A DNA stretch of 64,000 bases from Histomonas meleagridis 2922-C6/04-290x (taxonomy: Eukaryota > Protista > Parabasalia). The stretch's first letter is position 1. Every line of letters starts with the position of its first letter. The position numbers were made by a program, and so were the translations under genes. The notes beneath the pieces were generated by a model. That model was not told the DNA's origin, ran no database searches, and saw only the letters and a list, made by a program, of their open reading frames with translations. The stretch is taken from positions 124,001 to 188,000 of the forward strand of contig JAANOX010000134.1 of assembly GCA_020184695.1 (NCBI GenBank), written 5' to 3'. Positions 10,801 to 20,489 of the stretch are shown in pieces.

Positions 10801-13800
10801 GTCAAAACAAGCAAAAAATTGATCAAAGCAAACAAAAATCGAAAGAAAGTTTCGATTCAGATGATTTTAATATAGAAGAGGATGTCAAAGAACCGAAAAT
10901 AAAAGATAACAAGAATATTTCCATTAACGAAATAGATGATGTTAAACTACATTCACGTGAAAATGAACAAAAACTAAAACAAAGTTTTAACGATTCATAT
11001 GAATTTATTAGTCAAACAATTAATAGCAAACAAAATTCATTTGATATATCAGATAACTCTAATAAGCAAAAAGAAGAATATAAACAATACTCAGGAAAAA
11101 AGGAGTTTAATCGAGAAAAAATAAACAATATGAAACAGCAAACTAAGCAAAAATCAAAAGAAAGTTTTCATAGTTCAAATTTGTTGAATGAGGAAACGCT
11201 AAAAAGAAAACAAAGCACCAAAGAGTTTAGCGACGAATTTAATAAAGATAAACAGAATTCAGATAAAAAAGAGAAAAAATCAAAAAATAGTTATAATGAT
11301 TCGGATGATTTTAATGCTAAAATAAATAAAAGTAAGCAATACTCCGAACAAAAATCAAAAGAAAGTTTTAACAATTCAGATGACTTTAAAGGTGAAATAC
11401 TCAAAGACGAACAAAGTGCAAATAAAATTTATGATTCAAATGATTTTAATGAAGAAATTAATTCAAGCAAACAAAGTTTTAATGTTTCAAATGATTTTAA
11501 TGCAAAAATAAATGAAAGTAAATATAGTTCAGGTAAAATCAATGAAGTTTCAAACAAAATTTTTAGTTCAACTGATTTTAATGAAGAAATAAATTCAAGC
11601 AAGCAAAACTCAGAAGTAATGACCAAAGAAAGTTTTCGTGATTCGGATGATTTTAATGAGAAATTTGGCTCAGACAAACAACAATCAGAAGACAAATCAG
11701 AAGAAAGTTTTAATGATTCGGTTGAATTTAATGCTAAAATAAATGAAAGCAAATATAATTCAACAATTGGTGAATCAAACAAATTTTATAATTCAAATGA
11801 TTTTAATGAAGAAATTAAAGAAAACAAACAGAATTTGATGAAGAACTCACAAGAACCAAAAGAAAGTTTTAATGACTCAAAAGATTTTAATGAGAAATTT
11901 ATATCAGTCAAACCAAATGAAATTTATAATGATTCGGATGATTTTAATGCAAATATAAATGCAAGTACACATAGTTCAGGTAAAATCGATGAAGCTTCAA
12001 ATAAGATTTATGACTCAAATGATTTTACTGAAGAAATTAAAGAAAACAAACAGAATTTAACTAATAATAAACAAAAGTCAAAAGAAAGTTTTTGTGATTT
12101 GGATAATATTAATGATAAAACAAATGAAAGTAAATATAATTCAAGTAAAACCATCAGTGAATCAAACAAATTTTATAACTCAAATGATTTTAATGAAGAA
12201 GTTGATGATGTAAATCAATACTCAGATCAAAAGTCAAAAGAAAGTTTTCATGAATCTGATGATTTTAATCTAGAAATAGAAACTGAAAAAACAAATCCCA
12301 AAAAAAGCGAATCCGAATCAGATAATAATATAAAGGCAAATACATCAAAACAAAACTCATCTGAAATATATCCAAGTTTTATTGATTTTAATGAAGAAAT
12401 AGATAGTAATACCGAGTCGCAATTACAACAAGATGAATCAAATTCTAAAGCAGCACATATTAATGCAGAAATTGCTGATGATAATTCATCTTTCAAAAAA
12501 CAAAATGAAAAAAGTCAAATTTCAATATCTGTTCCCCAAACAGACCTTATTTCGAACTTAAATAAATCATCAGAAAAAAATGATTTGCATACACTTTCTT
12601 CTGACTCTGAGATACAATTAAGTGGAGAAATAAGTTTTGATATTTCATCTCAAGTAAATAATTCGAATTTAACCATTAGTAATCAAAACCTAATTTCACA
12701 AGCGCAAATAATTGAAAAATCTGATATAGAAATACCAAACATTGGAAATAGTAATCAAATTATAAACGAAAGCCAAACATTATCTGACTCAAATGCTAAC
12801 ATGACACAAAAATTTGAAACGTTAAATGAATCAAATCAAAATACAGACATTAACCCAAAGAACAAATCGTCTGAAAATTCGGAAAATACAAATATTTCAG
12901 TTTCTGACATACAAATAAGTGATAAATCGGAAATTAAAATGAAAGCACCAATAATTCAGAATGAAGAAAAATTTCAAACGCCAAAAATTAAAAACAAAGC
13001 AATATCAGAGTTCACCGATCTCTCTATTAATGAAGATAAATCAAATTTATATCGAGTTAATTCCAAAGAAGATTTGGAAAACACAAATTTATCAGTATCA
13101 GAAGTGCAAATTATTGTCAATTCGGATACAGAAGCAAGTGAATCAAATTCCACAGAACACAAACAAATTATAAATGAAAAAGAAACTATTTCTTCATCTT
13201 CATCTAAGGAATCATCCCCAATTATAATTATACAAGATAAATCATCAAATTCTTCAGATAACAGTTTTAATCAAAGAGATATAATAAATGAAAATGATTT
13301 AAACTCTAATTCGCAAATTAACATAAAATCAGATTTAGAAACAGACAAACCAAACACTTTTATCAGTAATGACTCTATAAATGAAAAAAATTCATCGCTA
13401 TTTGAATCGAATCAATCACTTATAGAACCAAATCAAATTCAGATATCTGCACATGATGAATCAGATTCTTCAGATATTAATTTTAATCAAAAAGATATTG
13501 AAAAAATGGGAAAGAATGAGTCCAACGTGCAAATAAATAATAAATCCGATTTAGATCTAAATAAATCAGACATCTCTATAAGCAATAACTCTATAAATGA
13601 AAACAATATAACTAATTCACAGTCATTTATAGAGTCAAAGCCAATTCAAATTTCATTTGACGATATATCTTCAAGCATCAGTTTTAATTCAGAAATTAGT
13701 ATAAAATCAGATTTAGATACAAGCAAATCTCAGGTAGAAAATAAATCAATTTCTAATGCTCAAGAAGATCAAATGTCATTAAATAAATCAAATTCGCAAT

Positions 13801-16800
13801 CAATGAAGACAAAATCACAAATATCTCTGCAAAATGAATCATCAAATTCATCAAGTGTTAATGATGTTATAGTGGAAGATGTAGAAAAGATAAATACTTC
13901 GAATTCCTCTTCACAAACGAGTTTAAATTCCAATTTAGATATAAATAATTCTGAGCAAGAACAATCATTTAAATTACCAACAAAAGAATCAAATTGGAAT
14001 TATGATGCATCAAATACTGAATCAGTTATAGTCGAAGATTCAGAAGACATAAACATGTCAAGTACGAAATCTGATATCGGTAAAATTCCTAACATTAATA
14101 ATTGTTCACATGAAGAACAAATACATTCAAATGAATCAAATCCAAATCAAACAGCTATTCAAGAAGATTCTTCAACTATTAAAACTGTTGAACATTTAGA
14201 AGAAGAAAAGACTTCAATAAAAGCAGACGCAGAGCATTTATCTTTTGGCGAAGACAAATCAAATTCGCCTGCAAATGAATACAAAGATTTGACTCTTCAA
14301 TCAAACAATCAAAACTCTAAGGAAAATGAAACGCATTTATTCAACGAAAAACAATCAAATAACAAAGAAGAGATTCAACAAATGCAAAGTATTGAACAAG
14401 ATAAATCACCCACAAAAAGTAATAATGAAAAACATCATTCACTATATTCTCCATTTGCAGAAGAAGATCAATTTCCAATTGATGAATATTCGATTTATAA
14501 TGAAAGTAAATCCAAACCAATCGAAAAGAGCAAACATTTTCTTGACTTTAGTTTAACAGATGAATCAGAAATCAAATTGCACGAAAGTTTTTCTGAATAT
14601 TCATCAAAATTATTTAAACAAACATCGGATTCAAGCGATGATAATATTTTTGCAAGTAATTTGGATAATGAAATTCTTTCATTGACTCCAATTAATAAAT
14701 ATAAACAAATGAAAACATTTAAAGAAAAGAGTTCAAGTGATTCATCAGAAAATAATAAAAATATTATAAATGAAAATATCGAAAAAAATTCGATTTCATC
14801 TGATAATGAAAAATTAAATATCGAAAATGAGTTAATAGATAATGAAAATAATTCGAAAAGTGATATTACTATTGATGAATATATGAAATCTTTTTTAAAT
14901 AAAAGTAATTCAACATCACAAAATAAAGAAACAATAAAATTCGAATCTGAACAATTAAATTTAATTATAACTGAGGAATCGATCAAAATGCAAAATGAAA
15001 ATTCAAGTAAAAATAATTCACCAAGTTCCCAAACTAATACGAAATTATTCTCAAATGATGACGGAATAGAATCATTTCTAAGGAATGAAACATTAGCGAA
15101 ACAAAATGTTTCAAGTTCAACTGAAAGTAATGAAAACAAAAGCGAAGTTCCATATTTTATGAGTATCATAGATGATTCTTCAACAATGAATCAAAACATG
15201 AACAACAAAGAAACAAAATCTTCAACATCAATTGATGATACTAATGATATAATTGCTAATGATGAAATCGTAATTTCTGATACAGAAACATTAAATAAAA
15301 ACATATCAAAACATGTCGAAAAGAATGTAATTAGTAATACAAAAGAAGAAGTTACTTCAAATAAAAGCTCAATAACAAATTCTGATGAAGAAAATGTTAT
15401 TGTAATGAGCGAAGATATAATATCGGAATTGAATGATTCGAATGAAAGTATTTTTAGTAAAACAAAAACACAAACAAAATTATACGGATCTTCAATTAGC
15501 ATTGGCTCTGATTCTAATTTCTTATCAGAGGAAGAAATGTTGGATCAAAGTATTTCTAGAATCGAGAAAAATGATCAAAAGAATAACTTAAGTATAAAAT
15601 TAACTGATTCGTCAATTAACTTCGATGATATCAGTGACGAAAATGTAAATCCAAATACTAAAACCTCAATAACAAATTCTGAAGAAGAAAATGTTATTGT
15701 AATGAGTAAAGATTTAATATCAGAGCTAAATGAATCAAATAAAAGTTTTACTAATGAAGAAAACTTAGAAAATGGAAATGATGAACAAATTGTCTCAACA
15801 ATAGAAATACCAAATTCAACAGAAATTTCATCTGTGAAAATGACTGATTCATCAATAAGTTTCACAGATGATACCACGACATCGAAAACAGAAACGCAAA
15901 ATGAAAGTGAACAAAAACAATCGCAAAATGAAAATGATAACATTCAGATCGATGAAAAATCAAGTAATAAGGAAATTGTCAAGCCAACTTTAGTGTTAAC
16001 AAATTCATCTGATAGTAATGAACAAAAAGCTTCTAATGAAAGTACGACAAATGATTTGCGCGATTGTCTTAATTCAGAGATTGAACAAGAAGAAAAATCA
16101 ACGAAAACTTCAAGTGAAAATAATGTAAAAATTCTTGATGAAGAAGTTATTTCTAATACAAATTCATCAAATAAAGAAAAAGCTTCACAACAAAATGAAG
16201 CGCAATTAAATCTTAAAGAAAAAAGTTCAAATTCGGATGAAAATCCAAATCATTTAATAATAAAAGAACAAGTTGAATCTGAATCAGATTCTTCATTTGG
16301 TTTTTCGATAAGTGATGAATCATCATTTGATGAAAATTTAGATGAAAATGTATCAGAGAAAATTACTCAGTCATTTGAAATCCATGATAAAACAACATTA
16401 AACCCAAATCAGCAAGAAAATTTGTTTAATTCTGTTGTAACACTTCAAAGCGATACATCAAACATTCAAAATTCTGAGTCATTCAATTTGAAAGAGTCAA
16501 AAAGTCCAAATTCAGAGGTTTACAACCCAATGGTTGCAAACAAACCTAATAATTTAGCTATAACGCCACCAAGGCTTGTATCAACATCACAAGTTATACC
16601 AAAGAATAAATCACAAGATGAAAGCAATGAAAGCGTTCCAAAATATCGAGTTTCGTTTGTACAAGAATTTGTTAAACCACGAAAAATCGATTCGCCAATG
16701 CCAATAATACCAAAAAAGAGACAACAATTAAAGACATCATTCAATGAATCTGAAATACAAATGATTGATGATTATTTAAAGGCCGCACATGAAACTGATG

Positions 16801-17084
16801 TTGAAGATTACCATATGTTATCTAAAAGAGATGAAATTGTTCTTTGTAGAATTTTGCCAAAAGCAAAAGATTTAAGTCAAAATGAAGTCTACGATTTGAT
16901 TTCAACAGAGTTAAATGTGTCGAAAAATGATCTTTCAGCTCATTATATATTCGCGAACATTTCAACTTTCTTTGGTAATCAATCAAAAACTTTGAACCCA
17001 ATGCTTAAAACATCAAAACTTGATTTTTCTTCATTTGTTGAAAAAGAAGAAGAAGAGTCAGGTGATTCAGATCAATACTTTTAA
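7854..17084 (+). CDS. Giant 3076-aa protein: about 290-aa globular N-terminus followed by an S/N/E/K-rich disordered repetitive region
   Basis: Uninterrupted 9.2-kb ORF with internal peptide repeats. No recognised domain. Confidence 0.8.
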   Translation: MDEEKELIYIDWIRNFLISKFKLYSTGHWDNGQLNTQLYLYFNSNRNLIFSPGYTAFQSHILYSLSVSVIDPRYDFQASSFTSIRNYLIQFIPNLNISISELENSNSLKSRNLFASYILHFYLIIRIRPSSIFPDIISNDLASYETLFYKWIQQCIDPSSSILKGDFMIDIGTGQAVSVILFKARSDLINFRKISFGTNLTDIEISNNWNEIEIALSVFGIRKPTVQELHNLLCLLCFTSDLYIAVSPFFGNQKPIKRTPMEYPTQYHQYIPTTSRLRNIDMLIQRINQLTIPLITPQQNNPIQNQPIPEPNNNQNQPFTSPEFETELKIIKNEQKANEEETKENDSTDEAYQIPKRILLMQKRNMRKKQKRILPSEERKLFEKVHLLMQNNNNQQNEEKTKTKKEKIESKEGEMFANYNLADRIKNRKLIMEKEKEAAKLKKQAEQNIKNLNNEKSNKKVNENKIKIQLSEPVSIEESENLEHKKRTNKKNHKKIVENEEPSKYPKQTLNGSYFDEYMKRKNLIENKKQNQNKTKENNIHSTKKEIHFQISPPIAFGTPIIRKSKIPILGKQQKQNHSNISFKEEEEIIENDNQNKPNYTISILPSYSFNGEKDLSDSIRSDEEYELLRKLLQKIKKKRKKRKNINKMESDSDEILKSDSNVVFPEEENEEEDTYQSSLEPPEIVQQPEQKEFPQKKFDFNIKSIDSFIETEKRVMNSNSNMTSSNNYQKNIIPKRNGYDGFTKINLNRKIIEVEKQKKEISSSSSDSSMLDEDPLVTLNINYQNDDFDTISEESEYSNDEINQKEIRRNKLYENENKQNTNDFDIIDQNEIRRNKFYENKNKQNANDNYIIYSEKNEIRRNKFYKNDVKSEIKSNQYMIHKENFQNIDEEEQSSNNYEEDANENEKYTKNSSDYEEEVKQQYNKNRFDSYENIQYPKDETKSKKSSKSISNTIDINKEIIIRKHKSNKNISDSDYFIKEISQNKQKIDQSKQKSKESFDSDDFNIEEDVKEPKIKDNKNISINEIDDVKLHSRENEQKLKQSFNDSYEFISQTINSKQNSFDISDNSNKQKEEYKQYSGKKEFNREKINNMKQQTKQKSKESFHSSNLLNEETLKRKQSTKEFSDEFNKDKQNSDKKEKKSKNSYNDSDDFNAKINKSKQYSEQKSKESFNNSDDFKGEILKDEQSANKIYDSNDFNEEINSSKQSFNVSNDFNAKINESKYSSGKINEVSNKIFSSTDFNEEINSSKQNSEVMTKESFRDSDDFNEKFGSDKQQSEDKSEESFNDSVEFNAKINESKYNSTIGESNKFYNSNDFNEEIKENKQNLMKNSQEPKESFNDSKDFNEKFISVKPNEIYNDSDDFNANINASTHSSGKIDEASNKIYDSNDFTEEIKENKQNLTNNKQKSKESFCDLDNINDKTNESKYNSSKTISESNKFYNSNDFNEEVDDVNQYSDQKSKESFHESDDFNLEIETEKTNPKKSESESDNNIKANTSKQNSSEIYPSFIDFNEEIDSNTESQLQQDESNSKAAHINAEIADDNSSFKKQNEKSQISISVPQTDLISNLNKSSEKNDLHTLSSDSEIQLSGEISFDISSQVNNSNLTISNQNLISQAQIIEKSDIEIPNIGNSNQIINESQTLSDSNANMTQKFETLNESNQNTDINPKNKSSENSENTNISVSDIQISDKSEIKMKAPIIQNEEKFQTPKIKNKAISEFTDLSINEDKSNLYRVNSKEDLENTNLSVSEVQIIVNSDTEASESNSTEHKQIINEKETISSSSSKESSPIIIIQDKSSNSSDNSFNQRDIINENDLNSNSQINIKSDLETDKPNTFISNDSINEKNSSLFESNQSLIEPNQIQISAHDESDSSDINFNQKDIEKMGKNESNVQINNKSDLDLNKSDISISNNSINENNITNSQSFIESKPIQISFDDISSSISFNSEISIKSDLDTSKSQVENKSISNAQEDQMSLNKSNSQSMKTKSQISLQNESSNSSSVNDVIVEDVEKINTSNSSSQTSLNSNLDINNSEQEQSFKLPTKESNWNYDASNTESVIVEDSEDINMSSTKSDIGKIPNINNCSHEEQIHSNESNPNQTAIQEDSSTIKTVEHLEEEKTSIKADAEHLSFGEDKSNSPANEYKDLTLQSNNQNSKENETHLFNEKQSNNKEEIQQMQSIEQDKSPTKSNNEKHHSLYSPFAEEDQFPIDEYSIYNESKSKPIEKSKHFLDFSLTDESEIKLHESFSEYSSKLFKQTSDSSDDNIFASNLDNEILSLTPINKYKQMKTFKEKSSSDSSENNKNIINENIEKNSISSDNEKLNIENELIDNENNSKSDITIDEYMKSFLNKSNSTSQNKETIKFESEQLNLIITEESIKMQNENSSKNNSPSSQTNTKLFSNDDGIESFLRNETLAKQNVSSSTESNENKSEVPYFMSIIDDSSTMNQNMNNKETKSSTSIDDTNDIIANDEIVISDTETLNKNISKHVEKNVISNTKEEVTSNKSSITNSDEENVIVMSEDIISELNDSNESIFSKTKTQTKLYGSSISIGSDSNFLSEEEMLDQSISRIEKNDQKNNLSIKLTDSSINFDDISDENVNPNTKTSITNSEEENVIVMSKDLISELNESNKSFTNEENLENGNDEQIVSTIEIPNSTEISSVKMTDSSISFTDDTTTSKTETQNESEQKQSQNENDNIQIDEKSSNKEIVKPTLVLTNSSDSNEQKASNESTTNDLRDCLNSEIEQEEKSTKTSSENNVKILDEEVISNTNSSNKEKASQQNEAQLNLKEKSSNSDENPNHLIIKEQVESESDSSFGFSISDESSFDENLDENVSEKITQSFEIHDKTTLNPNQQENLFNSVVTLQSDTSNIQNSESFNLKESKSPNSEVYNPMVANKPNNLAITPPRLVSTSQVIPKNKSQDESNESVPKYRVSFVQEFVKPRKIDSPMPIIPKKRQQLKTSFNESEIQMIDDYLKAAHETDVEDYHMLSKRDEIVLCRILPKAKDLSQNEVYDLISTELNVSKNDLSAHYIFANISTFFGNQSKTLNPMLKTSKLDFSSFVEKEEEESGDSDQYF
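10255..10460 (+). repeat. Intragenic repeat, 3 copies of (N)EIRRNK(L/F)Y(E/K)N...
   Basis: Three near-identical GAAATAAGAAGAAATAAA.TTTAT segments about 75-80 nt apart. Confidence 0.8.
10835..12270 (+). repeat. Intragenic degenerate repeat array KSKESFNDSDDFNE(E/K)I
   Basis: More than 10 recurrences of S(N/D)DFN-type units (GATGATTTTAATG-like) in the translation. Confidence 0.8.
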
Positions 17085-17463
17085 GTTATTTCGGAAATGA
17101 TATATGTTCAATTTTTATTTTAATAAAAATGTATTTATGAGTTCATTACCAAATTTTCTTTAATTTCTTTTCATTTTTGAAATTTGTGCAATTTGAGGTG
17201 AGATAAAGAAGCCGTTTATTTGATGATAAAAAGTGACAAGCATTGGACTTCGAAATCAACAAAATAAAATCTCTATTTGCTTCATATAACAATAAAACAA
17301 AATTAAAAGTCTTTAAGATCTTATCTCTTCAATGCGATAACTCAAGCCCCTTCTATCTACGATAAATGGGGCTTTCTTCAGTTGTTTCAGAAAACGATGA
17401 AAAGTTTTGAACAGTTCGGCTGATAATTGACTGCAAATGACGGTTTCCACCAAAATTGAAAAG

Positions 17464-18126
17464 ATGGAACTAAGAGCTGTTCTCCCCATCACCCTGGTGT
17501 TACTTGGCCTTGGTTTCTTAACCACATTCATCTCAACATTCTTAGCATCATTTCTTGTCAAAGGAATTGTTGATGGCATAATCATTTTAATCATTTTACT
17601 TGTTTTGGCAGGACTTTGCTTATTCCTTGCCTTCTTCCACAACGACAATCCTACAAGCCGTACAGTTTACATCATAGCTGCCATTTCTGCAATATTTGGT
17701 GGAGTTGTTGCAATCTCACTTCCAAAGACATTCCACATTCTTAGCCATTACTTGAACAGAACCGTCGTATACTTCATTATAATTGCTGGCGTTGAATTGT
17801 CCGTATGTGTATTCTGGCCATATTTGACCAACATGTTCGCACCAACTGCACTTGAAGCAGCTTCAATCGACAGGGTTCACGAAGCAATCCTCTACATCAC
17901 ATCTAACCTTATCACATCATTCGTCGCAGCTCTTCTTGTTTGCGTAAATAACTCAGTAATTGGCAGAAGAATTGCTATTTCCGTTGCCGCATGGTTCATT
18001 GGAGGAATTATCTCAGCAGTCATTGGTCTTGTGATTGCTACAAAGAGTGGTGTTTCTAGCGGCGCTACAGGTGGTCAAGAAACACAATCAATCAACGCCA
18101 CAACTGACTATGACAAAATTGGTTAA
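17464..18126 (+). CDS. Multi-pass membrane protein (about 6 TM), unknown family
   Basis: Alternating hydrophobic helices and a tail ending DYDKIG. Start set at ATG 17464 because an M3-like GACGGTTT (17439-17446) overlaps the upstream ATG. Stop reads TAAA. Confidence 0.8.
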   Translation: MELRAVLPITLVLLGLGFLTTFISTFLASFLVKGIVDGIIILIILLVLAGLCLFLAFFHNDNPTSRTVYIIAAISAIFGGVVAISLPKTFHILSHYLNRTVVYFIIIAGVELSVCVFWPYLTNMFAPTALEAASIDRVHEAILYITSNLITSFVAALLVCVNNSVIGRRIAISVAAWFIGGIISAVIGLVIATKSGVSSGATGGQETQSINATTDYDKIG

Positions 18127-18464
18127 ACCATTCTCATAACTCTTTTTTTGTTTCAGTGGTAATTTGTGTTGAAATCGTCTGAAAGTGAAATTTGTGTAAT
18201 CGATCAAACGATTTTCTTTTTGTCACACCATCTATAATAAACAGAATTGATGGTGAGTTGCAGAGCCAAAATGAACTTGATTTTAGGTGCTTAGATTGAA
18301 TTGTAAATTGTCGAAATCTTTTTCTGTTAGGAGCATTCACTTGGATTAGAAGTACAATTTAGTGTATATGATTTATTTGCGTTTCACTGACATATTTAGT
18401 TTTTTGGTGTTTTTTTAGTAGACGTTTACTTTGCTAAAATCCTTTAAAATTTTCTTTTCTTATC

Positions 18465-19754
18465 ATGCAAGGGGCGATAGGGTATAAAAGCAAAAAAGCT
18501 ATTGCCCCTACTTCAAAGAGTAAAGAATTAAGAAGTGAAAATGAAGAAGTATTGTATTTTCAAGAACTTCAAATCCAAATTGAAAATCAAAATTCTATTG
18601 AAATAGAGAAAGCGCTCAGTGTAATTACAGAATTTTGTAAAAGGAATCAAATTGAAGAAATACCAAATATAAAAATTGTTTATGATATCATTAATCTTTT
18701 ATCACCAGATACACCCATAAATCTGATTATCCAAACGTTAAAGCTTCTTCAAGCAATATTTAGTCATGAATACAATCAAATAACACAACTTTTCATTCAG
18801 GCAAATATCGTCGAAAAAATCATTCAATTATGTTCCAATCCATCTTTAGAGTGTGAGTGCCTTAAATGCATTTGTAACATTTCTGGAGGGTCTCAAGAAG
18901 ATCTTTTGAAAGTTAAAGAAGTATTTACTTTTGATGTAATCTCCAATGTAATTAATGAAACTAACTCATTTTTCTATTGCAGAATCATTCGAAACATTTG
19001 TTCTCAACAATTAAATATTGAAGATTGTTCAAAAGTATTTATTCTCATTTCTCGAATCTGTCAAATCACATCCATTGAGTCCCAAAAAGAACTACTGTGG
19101 TCAATTTATCATCTCCGTAAGTCATGCCCACCAAATGTTTGGGGTCAATCGATATTATCTTCTGGTCTCATTAATTTCCTTAATTCATGTTTAGTTCTTA
19201 ACAATCCATCTCTTTGCCAGATTTCTCTTAGTTGTATCTTCTTTTATCTTCATAATTTCCAACGCACGGCTTTTAATGACGAAATTATATTTCAGTTAAT
19301 TTTGTCAGATTCGATTGAGGAGCGAACACTTGGTCTTTGGGCCGCCGGGGAAATGATAACGATTGATGAAAACTATACGTTTAAGCTATTAGATGATAAT
19401 ATTCTTGGGAATATAATGCAAATGATAAACTGTGCGACATATGATGCGAAAAACGACGCCGTTTATCTTCTGTCGCGAATAGTATCAAAACATTACATTG
19501 AGGATTTTATTGAGGATAATGAGGTCTTGCAAATACTAATTGAGTTTCTAAGTGGCGATAACGATTTGATGGTAACTTTGAGCGTGCTCGAGGCAATTAA
19601 AACTGTGCTGGAAAGTCACGACGACTTGGATCACTTGGTGCAGGACGAATTCACAATTTCTGTTCTGGAGGAGTTGGCAGAAAGTGATAATGATGAAATT
19701 GCAAGCTGTGCAAGTTACATCCTTGATGAGTTTGTTTATGAAGACACTGAATAA
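18465..19754 (+). CDS. ARM-repeat protein (importin-alpha-like solenoid)
   Basis: ARM-like segments ECLKCICNISGG, KELLWSIYHL, GLWAAGEM and AKNDAVYLLSRI. C-terminus ESDNDEIASCASYILDEF. Confidence 0.7.
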   Translation: MQGAIGYKSKKAIAPTSKSKELRSENEEVLYFQELQIQIENQNSIEIEKALSVITEFCKRNQIEEIPNIKIVYDIINLLSPDTPINLIIQTLKLLQAIFSHEYNQITQLFIQANIVEKIIQLCSNPSLECECLKCICNISGGSQEDLLKVKEVFTFDVISNVINETNSFFYCRIIRNICSQQLNIEDCSKVFILISRICQITSIESQKELLWSIYHLRKSCPPNVWGQSILSSGLINFLNSCLVLNNPSLCQISLSCIFFYLHNFQRTAFNDEIIFQLILSDSIEERTLGLWAAGEMITIDENYTFKLLDDNILGNIMQMINCATYDAKNDAVYLLSRIVSKHYIEDFIEDNEVLQILIEFLSGDNDLMVTLSVLEAIKTVLESHDDLDHLVQDEFTISVLEELAESDNDEIASCASYILDEFVYEDTE

Positions 19755-19845
19755 AACTGTATGTATTTTAACATATTAAATACTTTTTTTAAGCAATTTA
19801 CTCAATATGATTCTTTATGCTAAAAATGTTTTAATTTCATGAAAA

Positions 19846-20450
19846 TTGTTTATATATTCACTTCTTAATTTGTTTCTATATTCACTTCTTAATTTGTTTC
19901 TATATTCACTTCTTCATTTGTTTATATATTCACTTCTTCATTTGTTTATATATTCACTTCTTAATTTGTTTATATATTTACTTCTTCATTTGTTTATATA
20001 TTCACTTCTTCATTTGTTTATACATTCACTTCTTCATTTGTTTATATATTCACTTCTTCATTTGTTTATATATTCACTTCTTCATTTGTTTATATATTCT
20101 CTTCTTCATTTGTTTATATATTCTCTTCTTCATTTGTTTATACATTCACTTCTTCATTTGTTTATATATTCACTTCTTCATTTGTTTATATATTCTCTTC
20201 TTCATTTGTTTATATATTCTCTTCTTCATTTGTTTATATATTCACTTCTTAATTTGTTTATATATTCACTTCTTAATTTGTTTCTATATTCACTTCTTCA
20301 TTTGTTTATACATTCACTTCTTAATTTGTTTATACATTCACTTCTTAATTTGTTTCTATATTCACTTCTTCATTTGTTTATACATTCACTTCTTAATTTG
20401 TTTCTATATTCACTTCTTCATTTGTTTATACATTCACTTCTTTAATTGTT
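19846..20450. repeat. 24-bp minisatellite, about 25 copies, consensus CTTCTTCATTTGTTTATATATTCA
   Basis: Directly visible perfect-period array with four variable positions, between two convergent genes. Confidence 0.97.
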
Positions 20451-20489
20451 AAATATCAAATGAATTATAAAACGCATTTACATAAATAT

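Noticed and set aside
8845-16744. Antisense ORFs rich in S/L/F opposite the giant protein
   Set aside because: Shadow frames of the low-complexity E/N/S/K coding strand.
19846-20445. 199-aa ORF (LLHLFIYS)n as a protein-coding gene
   Set aside because: It is the open frame of a 24-bp minisatellite, has no ATG start and no unique sequence.
19846-20450. CRISPR-like array
   Set aside because: Units are directly abutting with no unique spacers, the context is eukaryotic, and no cas genes are present.
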